Source: Promethearchaeota archaeon
Lineage (GTDB): Archaea > Asgardarchaeota > Lokiarchaeia > Sigyniarchaeales > SOKP01
Direction of reading: 5' to 3'
Length of the DNA: 64,000 nt
NCBI GenBank assembly: GCA_048940925.1
Contig: JBHLOC010000017.1
Coordinates: 22,636-86,635, forward strand
Numbering within the stretch: the stretch's first letter is position 1; every line of letters begins with the position of its first letter. The translations under genes were made by a program, and so were the position numbers. Of the stretch, positions 10,243-20,049 are shown in pieces. The notes under the pieces were generated by a model. That model was not told the DNA's origin. It made no database searches and was given only the letters and a program-made list of their open reading frames with translations.

Positions 10243-11454
10243 CTATAATAGTTCTTTTAGTAAATTCACTAAATCCATGAGTTGGATATCATAATTATGC
10301 TCTTTTATAGCATCTGCGAAATTGCGCTCACAAAAAGGACAAGTGGTCACTAATATTTCTGCTCCAGTTTTTATTGCTTCTTCCACACGATTACTTGCCA
10401 TTTCTAAAGCCCATTCAGAAAATCCAGCTTTAACACCTCCCCCAGCACCACAACATGTTGCATCGCCTTTAATTTTGCGCATTTCTTCTAACTCTATCCC
10501 GGGAATCTTTTTAATAATTTCTCTTGGCACATCATAAAGTCCAGCATGGCGACCGAGATGGCAGGGATCGTGATATGTAACTTTTCTTTTTCCATTTAAT
10601 TTATTTTTAAATTCAATCTTTCCTTTATCTAGGAGCCTTTTGATATATTCTGAAATATGGAGAACCTCAAAAGGTAAATTATTTTCTGAACCTTCATTGT
10701 AGAGAATTTTGGGGTAATCTTCTTTGATTGTTCGATAACAACCTGCACAAGAAGTAATAATGGTTTTTATGCTTTTATTTTTAAACAATTCAATATTATG
10801 TAGGGCTTGTTCTTTTGCAGTTTCTCTTTGCCCTGTTCTAAGTAATGGTGATCCACAGCACCATTCCTCCCGCAAGATAGAGAATTTGACACCTATTTTC
10901 TCGAGAACCTCAAAAGTATTTTTAGCCAACTCTTTTTCGCGATAAGATGATGTACAACCTACAAAATATCCAATTTCAGGATCTTCAGGATTTTTAAAAT
11001 CATCGGGAAGCCAAGATAACCTATTTTCATGTTTTTCAAAATATGGATTATGTTCTATAGCAGCATGATTTCCGAAGTTAATAGCTTTTTCTGGGCAAAA
11101 TCCATTTTTAAATGCTTCAGCCCGTGCTAATTCAATTATATCTACTAAAAACTCTGATCCTAATTTTCGTGTCAATAGTTTACAATTCTCACCGCAGTTT
11201 CCACAGGTCGTGCACGCATATAGAATTTTACTTATATAATCACTCCATTCAAGTTCATTAGACACTAATCCGTGAATTAGCCACATGCGTCCTCCCGTAC
11301 TGAAAGATTCAAATTTATACTTTTTATAACTAGGACAATTGATATCAAAATAATCCCCCGTGAACTTGCAATAACCACATCTAAAGCATCTGTGTATTAT
11401 ATTTTCATAATATTTTAATCCCATTTGTTCTCGACTTTTTAGATTTGATGACAT
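10243..11454 (-). CDS. HdrD/GlpC-like Fe-S oxidoreductase subunit with two CCG domains
   Basis: CFRCGYC, CTTCGNC, EWCCG, YHDPCHLGR, CCGAGGG and CPFC. Confidence 0.9.
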   Translation of the reverse strand: MSSNLKSREQMGLKYYENIIHRCFRCGYCKFTGDYFDINCPSYKKYKFESFSTGGRMWLIHGLVSNELEWSDYISKILYACTTCGNCGENCKLLTRKLGSEFLVDIIELARAEAFKNGFCPEKAINFGNHAAIEHNPYFEKHENRLSWLPDDFKNPEDPEIGYFVGCTSSYREKELAKNTFEVLEKIGVKFSILREEWCCGSPLLRTGQRETAKEQALHNIELFKNKSIKTIITSCAGCYRTIKEDYPKILYNEGSENNLPFEVLHISEYIKRLLDKGKIEFKNKLNGKRKVTYHDPCHLGRHAGLYDVPREIIKKIPGIELEEMRKIKGDATCCGAGGGVKAGFSEWALEMASNRVEEAIKTGAEILVTTCPFCERNFADAIKEHNYDIQLMDLVNLLKELL

Positions 11455-11457
11455 ATT

Positions 11458-12828
11458 TTACACCTCCCAATTTCCAGGGTTCATTATTCCATTTGGATCT
11501 AACATAGTTCGAACCCGTTTAAATATATCCTTAAAGTGTGGATCTGCTTTCTCCATAATGAGCTTTTGGCCTAAAATTTCTGTTTTCCAAGGAACTCCGC
11601 CTATTTCTAAGACCATCTTATTCGTTTCTTCTAATCCTTCTCTAGCATTTTTCCTATCATCAGGATCTGCCCGATTAAATGGAAATGTAACAGAAAACAT
11701 GACGGCGTGACCACTTCCTATTATTCGACATAATAATGACGGTATTAACCCGTATTTTTTTGAAATTATAACTCCTTTTTCGATCGCTTCAGGAATTTTT
11801 CCTAATGGAATAAATGACCCAACATATTCGAAACCTCCTCCCTTTCTCCAGTCTGCAGCGAAAGCAGCAGTATATTGGGGATGATCCATCAAATATGTCC
11901 TTGTTTGGCCTATTACTGGTGCCACTTGAATGTTGTTTTCTTTAAATATCTTTTCTATCGTAATTCGTTTTAAATCCATTTCTTCTTTTGAATTTCCAGT
12001 AATATATACCATAATTGCGCAAAAATTCTTCATATTACTAGGTGTATGGGAATGTGATATCATAATATCTTCTGTGAATTCCGTAAATGTTATTTTGGAT
12101 ATGAGGTTTGGAATCCCATCAAAATCTTGAGTTAATCCAAAAATTAGTTCTCTGTTTTTTGGATTCGGATATAGTTTAACGGACACTTTTGTAATAATTC
12201 CCATAGTGCCAAAACTGCTTGTGAATAGACCAATTAAATCTGGAATGGGTGCTTTTGAAAACCAGTATTCTGAAATTGCACAAGATCCAAATTTGGCTAT
12301 ATCTCCCGTCGGTAACACAACTTCTAAGCCATTGATCATACCCGCATGGTGTCCATACTTCTGGGAGAGAGAACCTGATCCGTGAATTAATACGTTCCCT
12401 GCAATAGTAGCTGATGTTGGTGCGTCAGGAATGGGAGCTTGCAAGTTTGGATGATGTTCTTTCAAATATGATACTAGTGCTCCTGTTGTAACACCAGCCT
12501 CTAAAACTGCATATCGTCCCAAACTATTTATTTCAAGAATTTTATCCATTCTTTTCATATCCATAACGATTCCCTTATGAATTGGAATTATTAAACCGCT
12601 AAGAGTTAATCCCCCACCCATAGGAATAAGCGGAATTTTCTCCTTATTTGCTAATTTTACAATCTTTTGGATCTCTTCTACAGTTTCAGGCAATACCACA
12701 AAATCAACCGGACGAGGTTCAGAAGCCCCCGGATCTTGAGAGTAGATATAAAGATCTTCAGTTTTATTTGAAACAAAATCTCTTCCAGAAATGTTTTCCA
12801 ATTGAATTAAAATTTCATCTTTATTCAT
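11458..12828 (-). CDS. FAD-binding oxidoreductase (GlcD/alkyl-DHAP-synthase-like VAO family)
   Basis: PMGGGLTLSG, GLEVVLPTG, FGTMGIITK and LDPNGIMNPG. Coupled to the downstream CCG gene. Confidence 0.88.
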   Translation of the reverse strand: MNKDEILIQLENISGRDFVSNKTEDLYIYSQDPGASEPRPVDFVVLPETVEEIQKIVKLANKEKIPLIPMGGGLTLSGLIIPIHKGIVMDMKRMDKILEINSLGRYAVLEAGVTTGALVSYLKEHHPNLQAPIPDAPTSATIAGNVLIHGSGSLSQKYGHHAGMINGLEVVLPTGDIAKFGSCAISEYWFSKAPIPDLIGLFTSSFGTMGIITKVSVKLYPNPKNRELIFGLTQDFDGIPNLISKITFTEFTEDIMISHSHTPSNMKNFCAIMVYITGNSKEEMDLKRITIEKIFKENNIQVAPVIGQTRTYLMDHPQYTAAFAADWRKGGGFEYVGSFIPLGKIPEAIEKGVIISKKYGLIPSLLCRIIGSGHAVMFSVTFPFNRADPDDRKNAREGLEETNKMVLEIGGVPWKTEILGQKLIMEKADPHFKDIFKRVRTMLDPNGIMNPGNWEV

Positions 12829-12935
12829 TTAATACATCTCTATTTTAAGATAATACTATATTTAAGAAGTTAAATCTAAAATTATTTATAATTATTCATA
12901 AAATTAAAATAAGTTTCAAAAAAAGTTTAATACTA

Positions 12936-13337
12936 TTAGATTTCGCTTAAGTCTCGACTTGCTTTTATATTAACATTCAATCCTATAACATTGTGGATTA
13001 AAATATCCCCCATTTTAATAGGAGCTTTAACAACAGTTTCTGCAATTTCTTTTAACGTTTCTTTAAGTTTTTCTTTGGGTATTGGTACATTCGATCTCAC
13101 AGGAATCAAGGGTAAAAATCCATTTTCAACCCTCATTGTAGTTGTCAGAATCCGTTTTGGTGCTATAAACTCCTCTCTAGCATATTCCTCACCCCTCTTG
13201 CAAGAATGCCCCTCAATAATTAATTCTCCATTTACATTTTCAACATGTACTAAACATCCCGTAGGACAAACGATACATCTAATATCCTTAAATCCTTCTG
13301 GAAGATTTTGATCATCTTCACTTAATTTAGCTGACAT
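12936..13337 (-). CDS. DUF1667 Fe-S/Zn subunit of the G3P dehydrogenase complex
   Basis: CIVCPTGC, GHSCKRGEEYA and VKAPIKMGD. Third gene of the glpA triad. Confidence 0.85.
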   Translation of the reverse strand: MSAKLSEDDQNLPEGFKDIRCIVCPTGCLVHVENVNGELIIEGHSCKRGEEYAREEFIAPKRILTTTMRVENGFLPLIPVRSNVPIPKEKLKETLKEIAETVVKAPIKMGDILIHNVIGLNVNIKASRDLSEI

Positions 13338-13358
13338 TTGTTAAAACCTCATTTATAA

Positions 13359-14657
13359 TTAATCCTCTTCTATTAGAACTTCTGGACGTGGTATTACTTC
13401 AATTTCCAAACTACGACAATCAGATTCTATTTGATGTTCGGCTAAATTTAATTTTAATTCAATCATCTCGCTAGGAATGACATAAAGTTTCTTTCTTTTA
13501 TACAATACTTTGTTGTTATCATCTTTAAACTGAATTTGAATTCTTCTCTCTGGTCTTTTTACTCTGAATGTGAAAATTATATCCTTAGATAAATCTGATT
13601 TATTTATTAAATCAGGTTTAATATAATTAACATTTTCACCTGCTATACATTTAATTTGTTCTTTTTTTTCTACCCTTTTACCACTTCTTTTATCTACATA
13701 TTCAACAGCATTCAGTCCTGCTCGTTTTGCTTCAGCAGTTACTAAATCAACCAAATCATGAACTTGTAAGACATTTCCGCATGCAAATACTCCTTCGATT
13801 GTGGATTCTAAATTATTATCTATGATAGGACCTCCCATATCGGAGATAAGTGCTCCTGCATCTCTCGTTAACTCGTTTTCAGGGATTAAGCCTACAGATA
13901 AGAGAAGTGTGTCACATTCGATAAATTTTTCAGAACCTATAACTCTATCAAAATTCCGATCAACTTTGGAAATGGTAACTCCTTTTACTCTGTCTTTTCC
14001 ATGAATTTTTGTAACTGTATAACTAGTTATAAGTGGAATGCCATAATCTTCTAAACACTGTACTTGATTTCTTATTAATCCACTTACATAGGGTTGTATT
14101 TCGACCACTGCTTTAACTTGGCAGCCTTCCCATGTAAGTCGGCGAGCCATGATCATACCGATATCTCCACTACCTAGAATAACAAACATCCTTCCAGGTA
14201 AATACCCCTCGATATTCACAAATCTCTGTGCTTGTCCAGCAGTAAAGATTCCCGCAGGTCTAAAGCCAGGAATATTAATCGCACCCCTAGTTCTTTCTCG
14301 ACATCCCATAGCAAGGATGATGGCTTTAGCTTTTATTTCAATAAGACCTTCTTTGTTATTAACAGCGTATAATGTTTTATCTGGAGTAAATTCAATTACC
14401 ATAGTTTCTAATTTATGAGGGATTTCTAATTCTTTAGCTTGATCGATAAATCTCTGCACATATTCAGGACCAGTTAATTCTTCTTCAAATTCATGAAGAC
14501 CGAATCCATTATGAATACATTGGAGAGTAATTCCTCCCAATTCCCTATCTCTTTCTAAAATCATCACATTAAGATCAGCTTTTTTAACAACTATAGCAGC
14601 TGCTAGACCTGCAGAACCACCTCCAATCACTGCAACATCTACTTCATATTTTTTCAT
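13359..14657 (-). CDS. NAD(P)/FAD-dependent oxidoreductase, partner subunit of GlpA
   Basis: GGGSAG, QCIHNGFG, MGCRER, GSGDIG and GNVLQVHDLVD. Overlaps glpA by 4 nt. Confidence 0.88.
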   Translation of the reverse strand: MKKYEVDVAVIGGGSAGLAAAIVVKKADLNVMILERDRELGGITLQCIHNGFGLHEFEEELTGPEYVQRFIDQAKELEIPHKLETMVIEFTPDKTLYAVNNKEGLIEIKAKAIILAMGCRERTRGAINIPGFRPAGIFTAGQAQRFVNIEGYLPGRMFVILGSGDIGMIMARRLTWEGCQVKAVVEIQPYVSGLIRNQVQCLEDYGIPLITSYTVTKIHGKDRVKGVTISKVDRNFDRVIGSEKFIECDTLLLSVGLIPENELTRDAGALISDMGGPIIDNNLESTIEGVFACGNVLQVHDLVDLVTAEAKRAGLNAVEYVDKRSGKRVEKKEQIKCIAGENVNYIKPDLINKSDLSKDIIFTFRVKRPERRIQIQFKDDNNKVLYKRKKLYVIPSEMIELKLNLAEHQIESDCRSLEIEVIPRPEVLIEED

Positions 14658-16126
14658 TCTTCACTGGCACCTCTCTTTTCACCTTTTAAAATGAAATCCT
14701 TGGTTTTTCTCACCAAAATATAAGTGTCTTCTCCCTTTTTTGTAATTTCTTCATAAGATTTATTTAATTCCCTTGATAAAATTTCAATAACGCGTGGACG
14801 ACAGAATCCACCTTGACATCTGCCCATGCCAGGTCTACACCTAAATTTTATGCCGTCTACAGAATTAGCTCCAATGGGAGCATGAATCGCATTGATTATC
14901 TCTTTTTCCGGTATTGTTTCGCAACGACAAATTATTTTACCCCAAGCTGGATCTTCTTTTATTTTCTTGTCTAACTCTATTTTTGTAAAATCTTTAAATC
15001 TTTCTGGTTTAGGTCGAATTGGATTATAATCCTCCTTGATTTTCAATTCTAATCCCAATAATTCAAGATAATCAACCACTTTCTCAGCAATTGCAAAAGT
15101 TGCTGTAAGACCAGGCGATAAAATTCCAGCGACATTAATAAAACCATAGACATCAGTATTATCTATAATAAAATCATAGGTATCTGGAACTGCTCTTAGA
15201 CCAGCAAAATTCCTTATAGAACTTCTGACAGGAAGATTAGGAACTAATTTTCTCCCTCCTTCTAAGATTTCTTTTAATCCTGCTGTAGTTGTGGATACAT
15301 CTTCTAGATCTGTTATGTTCTGAGCATTAGGACCAATGAACGTGTTGCCATGTAAAGTTGGACATACTAAAATCCCTTTAGAAACCTTAGTTGCCATTGG
15401 AAATAATATTTTGTTAAGCTGTATTGCATTTCTATCGAATAATATATATTCCCCTTTTCTTGGCATTATACTAAAATAATCCAAGCCTAGCATTTTCGAT
15501 ATTTTCGCAGCATAAAGACCTGCAGCATTAATAAGATTGCGTCCTTGGAATTCACCTTTATAGGTTCGCACGGTGAAGACATAATCTTCATGTTTAATTC
15601 TCACAACTTCGTGATTTCTATAGAATTTCACACCATTCATCGCAGCATTATCAGCTAAAGCGAACGTCAATTCATAGGGGCTAATAAGTCCAGCGGTTGG
15701 AGCATGTAACACACCAACGACTTCATCAGTTAAATTAGGTTCCATTTTTTTTATCTGCTTTTTATCAAAAATTAATTCCAGCTCAGGTATCCCATCTTCT
15801 GTTCCTTTTTTACGATCTTCCTCCAAAATTTTAATCTGGTCATTTTCAAGTGCAACTACAAAAGATCCAATTCGCTTAAAGGGAAAATTTAACTCATTGG
15901 CTGCTTGGGTATATAATTTATTTCCTTTAATACATAGATGCCTTTTAATATATTCTCGTGGTGATGCATAACCTGCATGCAAAACACCAGAATTTGCTTT
16001 GGTTGTTCCAGAAGCCAGTTCTGCCTCTTTTTCTAGCAAACAAACTTTAATATTATACTTTGAAAGGGTGCGAGCTATACAACATCCTGTTACTCCGCCT
16101 CCAATTATTATAACATCGTAAATCAA
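14654..16126 (-). CDS. glpA: FAD-dependent glycerol-3-phosphate dehydrogenase GlpA-like protein with a BFD [2Fe-2S] domain
   Basis: GGGVTG, TKANSGVLHAG, ICRCE and GMGRCQGGFC. Triad arrangement as in Thermococcales and Firmicutes. Confidence 0.8.
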   Translation of the reverse strand: MIYDVIIIGGGVTGCCIARTLSKYNIKVCLLEKEAELASGTTKANSGVLHAGYASPREYIKRHLCIKGNKLYTQAANELNFPFKRIGSFVVALENDQIKILEEDRKKGTEDGIPELELIFDKKQIKKMEPNLTDEVVGVLHAPTAGLISPYELTFALADNAAMNGVKFYRNHEVVRIKHEDYVFTVRTYKGEFQGRNLINAAGLYAAKISKMLGLDYFSIMPRKGEYILFDRNAIQLNKILFPMATKVSKGILVCPTLHGNTFIGPNAQNITDLEDVSTTTAGLKEILEGGRKLVPNLPVRSSIRNFAGLRAVPDTYDFIIDNTDVYGFINVAGILSPGLTATFAIAEKVVDYLELLGLELKIKEDYNPIRPKPERFKDFTKIELDKKIKEDPAWGKIICRCETIPEKEIINAIHAPIGANSVDGIKFRCRPGMGRCQGGFCRPRVIEILSRELNKSYEEITKKGEDTYILVRKTKDFILKGEKRGASEE

Positions 16127-16270
16127 CTATTAAGTGACCTTTTAACTTATAAATTTATAATTATTGTAATAAATATATAAATTCTAATCTTGAAAAATAA
16201 AAATATCTTTTATATTATATTAAAAGGAAAATAATGATTTTTTCTCTATGTAAGTGATATCATTATTCTC

Positions 16271-16567
16271 TTACAAAAAATAAATCAAAAGAAACCAGAT
16301 TATATTAAAAATAATAGCAGATATTATCAAGATCTTTGTTATTGGATTGAACATTGCTTTTTTTAATGTTCTTGTCATCTTTAATTCATTTTGATTTATA
16401 ATGAAATCTTTAACTTTACTATAACTAGGATTCAATTCTTTTTTCAAATGTATTGAGCCTAAAAACCGAGGATTCGATAAGTTTTGAATTAAGTGATTAA
16501 AATAGTTTTCGGGAACAAAATTCTTTCTATTTACTATATCTTTAGATTCATTATCATTCTGTTTCAT
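16271..16567 (-). CDS. Hypothetical protein with a C-terminal TM helix
   Basis: 98-aa ORF filling the intergenic gap, with a hydrophobic tail. Confidence 0.6.
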   Translation of the reverse strand: MKQNDNESKDIVNRKNFVPENYFNHLIQNLSNPRFLGSIHLKKELNPSYSKVKDFIINQNELKMTRTLKKAMFNPITKILIISAIIFNIIWFLLIYFL

Positions 16568-16759
16568 AATAGTTACTTTAAGTGCTAAATTATACTTATT
16601 TTATCATGATTAAAAAATCAATTTACTCTTAAATTCTTTATCATTATCAAATGAAAATAGTTTGATAATAAAAAAGGACTTCTTTATTTTGAAAACAAAA
16701 AAATATAACTTATAATATTTAAAGATATATAGTAATACTTCAAAGAATCTATTTTCAAT

Positions 16760-18502
16760 ATGGCAATTATATATAATAAATTATCAACGTCTCTAATTGG
16801 AAAATTTAGAGATATAGTTGGAGAGAATTCTTGTTTTGAAAGTTTCACCCATAGATATACCTATTCATTTGGGGGCACAATTTTTGAAAAAGAATGGATT
16901 CCTGATTTGATATTATTGCCCAGTACGGCTGAACAGGTTTCTAGGATTTTAAAATTAGCAAATGAACAGCAAATCCCAGTAACTCCTCGAGGAAGCGGAA
17001 CAAGTTTATCCGGAGGATCTATGACTCCCTATAAGGGTATAGTTTTAGATTTATCTAAAATGAATAGGATTGTAAAAATTGATATTGAGAATAATTTAGT
17101 TGAAATTGAACCTGGAGTAATATGTGATGATTTAAATGAGGTATTAAAACCCTATGGTTATTTTTTTCCGCCTGATCCTGGCTCAAGCTCAGTAGCTACT
17201 ATAGGAGGAATGGTTGCTACAAATGCGGGAGGAATTCAAGCATTTAAGTATGGGGTTACTAAAAATTATGTATTATATTTAGAAGTTGTATTGCCTAATG
17301 GGGAAATCATAAATTTGGGTACGGGTGTATTGAAATCCGTATCCTCTTATAATTTAAAAGACTTATTTATTGGTTCTGAAGGAACTCTTGGAGTAATTAC
17401 GAATATAGGCTTACGAATTCGACCATTACCAAAAACGAGAAAACTTGGGCTTTTTATTTTCAAAGATATTAATAAAATAAAAGATGCCGTATTAGAAATA
17501 AGACTTAAGGGTATTGTTCCAAATCTCTTAGAATTTATGGATAAATTAATTTTAAAAGCAGTTTCAGAGTATTTAGGAGGAGAATTTTTAGATTTTCCAA
17601 ATGGATATGTGTTATTAGCAGAAGTAGATGGTACTACTAAAAAAGAGGTAGAAGAAAATTTTTCAAATTTATTTGATGTTATTATTCAAAAAGACCCACT
17701 ATTCCATAAAATTGCTCAAAATGAAGAGGAGAGAGAAAAGCTAATTCTGGCGAGAAAGGCGAATCTCCCCGCACTTTCTCGAATAAGACCAAGTACATCG
17801 GTAGAAGATTGCACAATTCAAATAACTCATTTTGCAAAGGTTATCAAGCAAATTGAAGAGATTCCTGAGAAAATAAATGCAAAAAGTTTATTAGTGGCAA
17901 CAATTTGCCATATGGAAGGCAATTTACATCCTACTTTTTTATTTAATGAAAATGATGAACAGGATGTAAAAGATTTTCAAACAGCTATTGATTATTTATA
18001 TAAAAACATAATAATTCCTGTAGGTGGAAGCCTTACAGGAGAGCATGGGATAGGTAAAATTAAATCACCATTTCTTGAACTTGAACATGGTTCTATAGTG
18101 GTTGAGTTAATGTCTAAAGTTAAAAAACTTTTTGATCCAAATATGATTTTAAATCCAGGAATTGGAAAGGGTGATCAACGTTCTTTACCAAAAATAAGCA
18201 TTTTAAGAAGTTTAAAAAATCGTCCTGATGATATTTTAGAATTAAGATGCATGAGGTGTGGATTTTGTATTACAACATGTCCTTCAAGAATTTATCATAT
18301 GATTGAATCCTATAGTCCTAGAGGAAGATTAAGTATTTTAAATGGTTTGGTTCATGGAGATCTAGAATTAAATGAATTAATAACTGATGTAATACATACA
18401 TGCACTTCTTGTGCAATTTGTTATACTAAATGCCCTGCGGGTGTTAAAACTCATGAGATTTTTGAAAAAGCTAGAGAGATCATACACAAAAAATATGAAT
18501 AA
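16760..18502 (+). CDS. FAD-linked D-lactate/glycolate dehydrogenase (GlcD/Dld) with a fused 2x[4Fe-4S] tail
   Basis: PRGSGTSLSGG, GSEGTLG, GNLHP, GEHGIG, DPNMILNPG, then CMRCGFC and CTSCAIC. Adjacent to larA. Confidence 0.88.
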   Translation: MAIIYNKLSTSLIGKFRDIVGENSCFESFTHRYTYSFGGTIFEKEWIPDLILLPSTAEQVSRILKLANEQQIPVTPRGSGTSLSGGSMTPYKGIVLDLSKMNRIVKIDIENNLVEIEPGVICDDLNEVLKPYGYFFPPDPGSSSVATIGGMVATNAGGIQAFKYGVTKNYVLYLEVVLPNGEIINLGTGVLKSVSSYNLKDLFIGSEGTLGVITNIGLRIRPLPKTRKLGLFIFKDINKIKDAVLEIRLKGIVPNLLEFMDKLILKAVSEYLGGEFLDFPNGYVLLAEVDGTTKKEVEENFSNLFDVIIQKDPLFHKIAQNEEEREKLILARKANLPALSRIRPSTSVEDCTIQITHFAKVIKQIEEIPEKINAKSLLVATICHMEGNLHPTFLFNENDEQDVKDFQTAIDYLYKNIIIPVGGSLTGEHGIGKIKSPFLELEHGSIVVELMSKVKKLFDPNMILNPGIGKGDQRSLPKISILRSLKNRPDDILELRCMRCGFCITTCPSRIYHMIESYSPRGRLSILNGLVHGDLELNELITDVIHTCTSCAICYTKCPAGVKTHEIFEKAREIIHKKYE

Positions 18503-18504
18503 TT

Positions 18505-19785
18505 ATGAAATTTGATTATGGTAAAGAAGGTCTAGAAATACAAATTGATCCAAAATGGAATGTAACCATTTTCAAACCATCGAATCAAGTATCTTTTGAT
18601 AAACCTATTGAAAGAATCAAGGAGTCAATTAATAATCCAATTCATGGGTTAACACTTAAAGATATAGTTCAAGAAAAAAGTAATTTGAAAAGTGCTTGCA
18701 TCGTAGTAAGTGATGCCACTCGACCAGTGCCTTCATATCTAATTCTTGAGGCATTAATTTCAGAATTAAACCTTTATGGGGTTAATGATAATCGAATAAT
18801 AATTCTAATTGCCACAGGATTACATCGTGTTTCTCGTAAAGAGGAGTTAGAGAGAATCATAGGAAAAAATCTCATAAATAAGGTTAGAGTAATTAATCAT
18901 GTCGCAATTGATGAAGAATCATTGGTTAACGTTGGTAAAACCTCTGATGGTTCTCCAATTTTGATAAATAAGTATTATTATGAAGCAGATTTGAGGATTT
19001 TAACAGGTTATGTTGAGCCCCATTTTTTCATGGGATTCTCTGGTGGTTCTAAGTCGATAATTCCAGGAATTGCTGGAGCTGAAACCATACAAGCTAATCA
19101 TTCTGCTGAAAATATTGCATCTCCTTATGCTAGATTTGGAATTTTAAAAGAAAATCCATTACATAGACACTCTATTGAAATTTCAAAAAAGATTAGGGTA
19201 CATTTCGTTGTTAATGTATGTATTAACGAACAACACGATATAGTTCAGATAGCTAGTGGAAGTCTTGAGGATGTTCACGAAAAACTTGTTAGATATCAGT
19301 TGAAACATATCTTCAGAGAAATTAAAGAACTTTATGATATAGTTATATGTGGAAATGGAGGATATCCTTTAGATCTAAATCTATACCAAGCAGTTAAAAG
19401 TATGGCTATTGGCGAAATTGCTGTTAAAAGTAATGGAACAATTATTTCTGTAAATGAGTGTGGTGATGGTATTGGTATAGGCCAAAACAAGTTTAAAGAA
19501 TTAATATTTTCTGGAATGCAACCAAAGGAGATCTACAAAAAGATCTTAAATAGGGAGATTATGGCTCCTGATCAATGGGAAATCCAAATTTTAGCCCGTA
19601 TTTTGATGAAAGCAGAAATATTTGTCATATCTAAACTAAAAGAAAATGAAATAGGAAATATTGGATTGAAATACGCTGAAACTGTTGAGGATGCTATTAA
19701 GAGCTGTTTAAAGAAATACGGAAAAAATGCTTCTATATTGGTTTTACCTAATGGGCCACAAATACTACCTCTCCTTAAAAAATAA
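18505..19785 (+). CDS. larA: Nickel-pincer-dependent lactate racemase family protein
   Basis: SDATRP, ATGLHR, EPHFFMGFSGGSKSIIPG, GYPLDLNLYQAVK and DQW. Confidence 0.9.
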   Translation: MKFDYGKEGLEIQIDPKWNVTIFKPSNQVSFDKPIERIKESINNPIHGLTLKDIVQEKSNLKSACIVVSDATRPVPSYLILEALISELNLYGVNDNRIIILIATGLHRVSRKEELERIIGKNLINKVRVINHVAIDEESLVNVGKTSDGSPILINKYYYEADLRILTGYVEPHFFMGFSGGSKSIIPGIAGAETIQANHSAENIASPYARFGILKENPLHRHSIEISKKIRVHFVVNVCINEQHDIVQIASGSLEDVHEKLVRYQLKHIFREIKELYDIVICGNGGYPLDLNLYQAVKSMAIGEIAVKSNGTIISVNECGDGIGIGQNKFKELIFSGMQPKEIYKKILNREIMAPDQWEIQILARILMKAEIFVISKLKENEIGNIGLKYAETVEDAIKSCLKKYGKNASILVLPNGPQILPLLKK

Positions 19786-19939
19786 GATTATAATAGATTC
19801 CCTTATAACTTTTTGAATATATAGGTCAATATACTGATTTTTAGAACCATTTTAAAGTGCTTTACTTTATCTATAAAAACTTTATTTTTTTAATAATTTT
19901 TTATACTAGAATTTTCATTAATATATTAAGCTTAAGACC

Positions 19940-19959
19940 TTGATTCAATTAGGAATCAA
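19940..19959. promoter_or_regulatory. Palindrome TTGATTC-N6-GAATCAA, possible operator
   Basis: Perfect 7-bp inverted repeat ~90 bp upstream of the hydrolase gene. Confidence 0.3.
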
Positions 19960-20049
19960 AAAGTATAAGAATATATTAAACTAACAGATTCGCACTCTCA
20001 GTATCATTTATATTGTAGGGTTAGTCATTTAGATAAAAATGGTAGTAAA

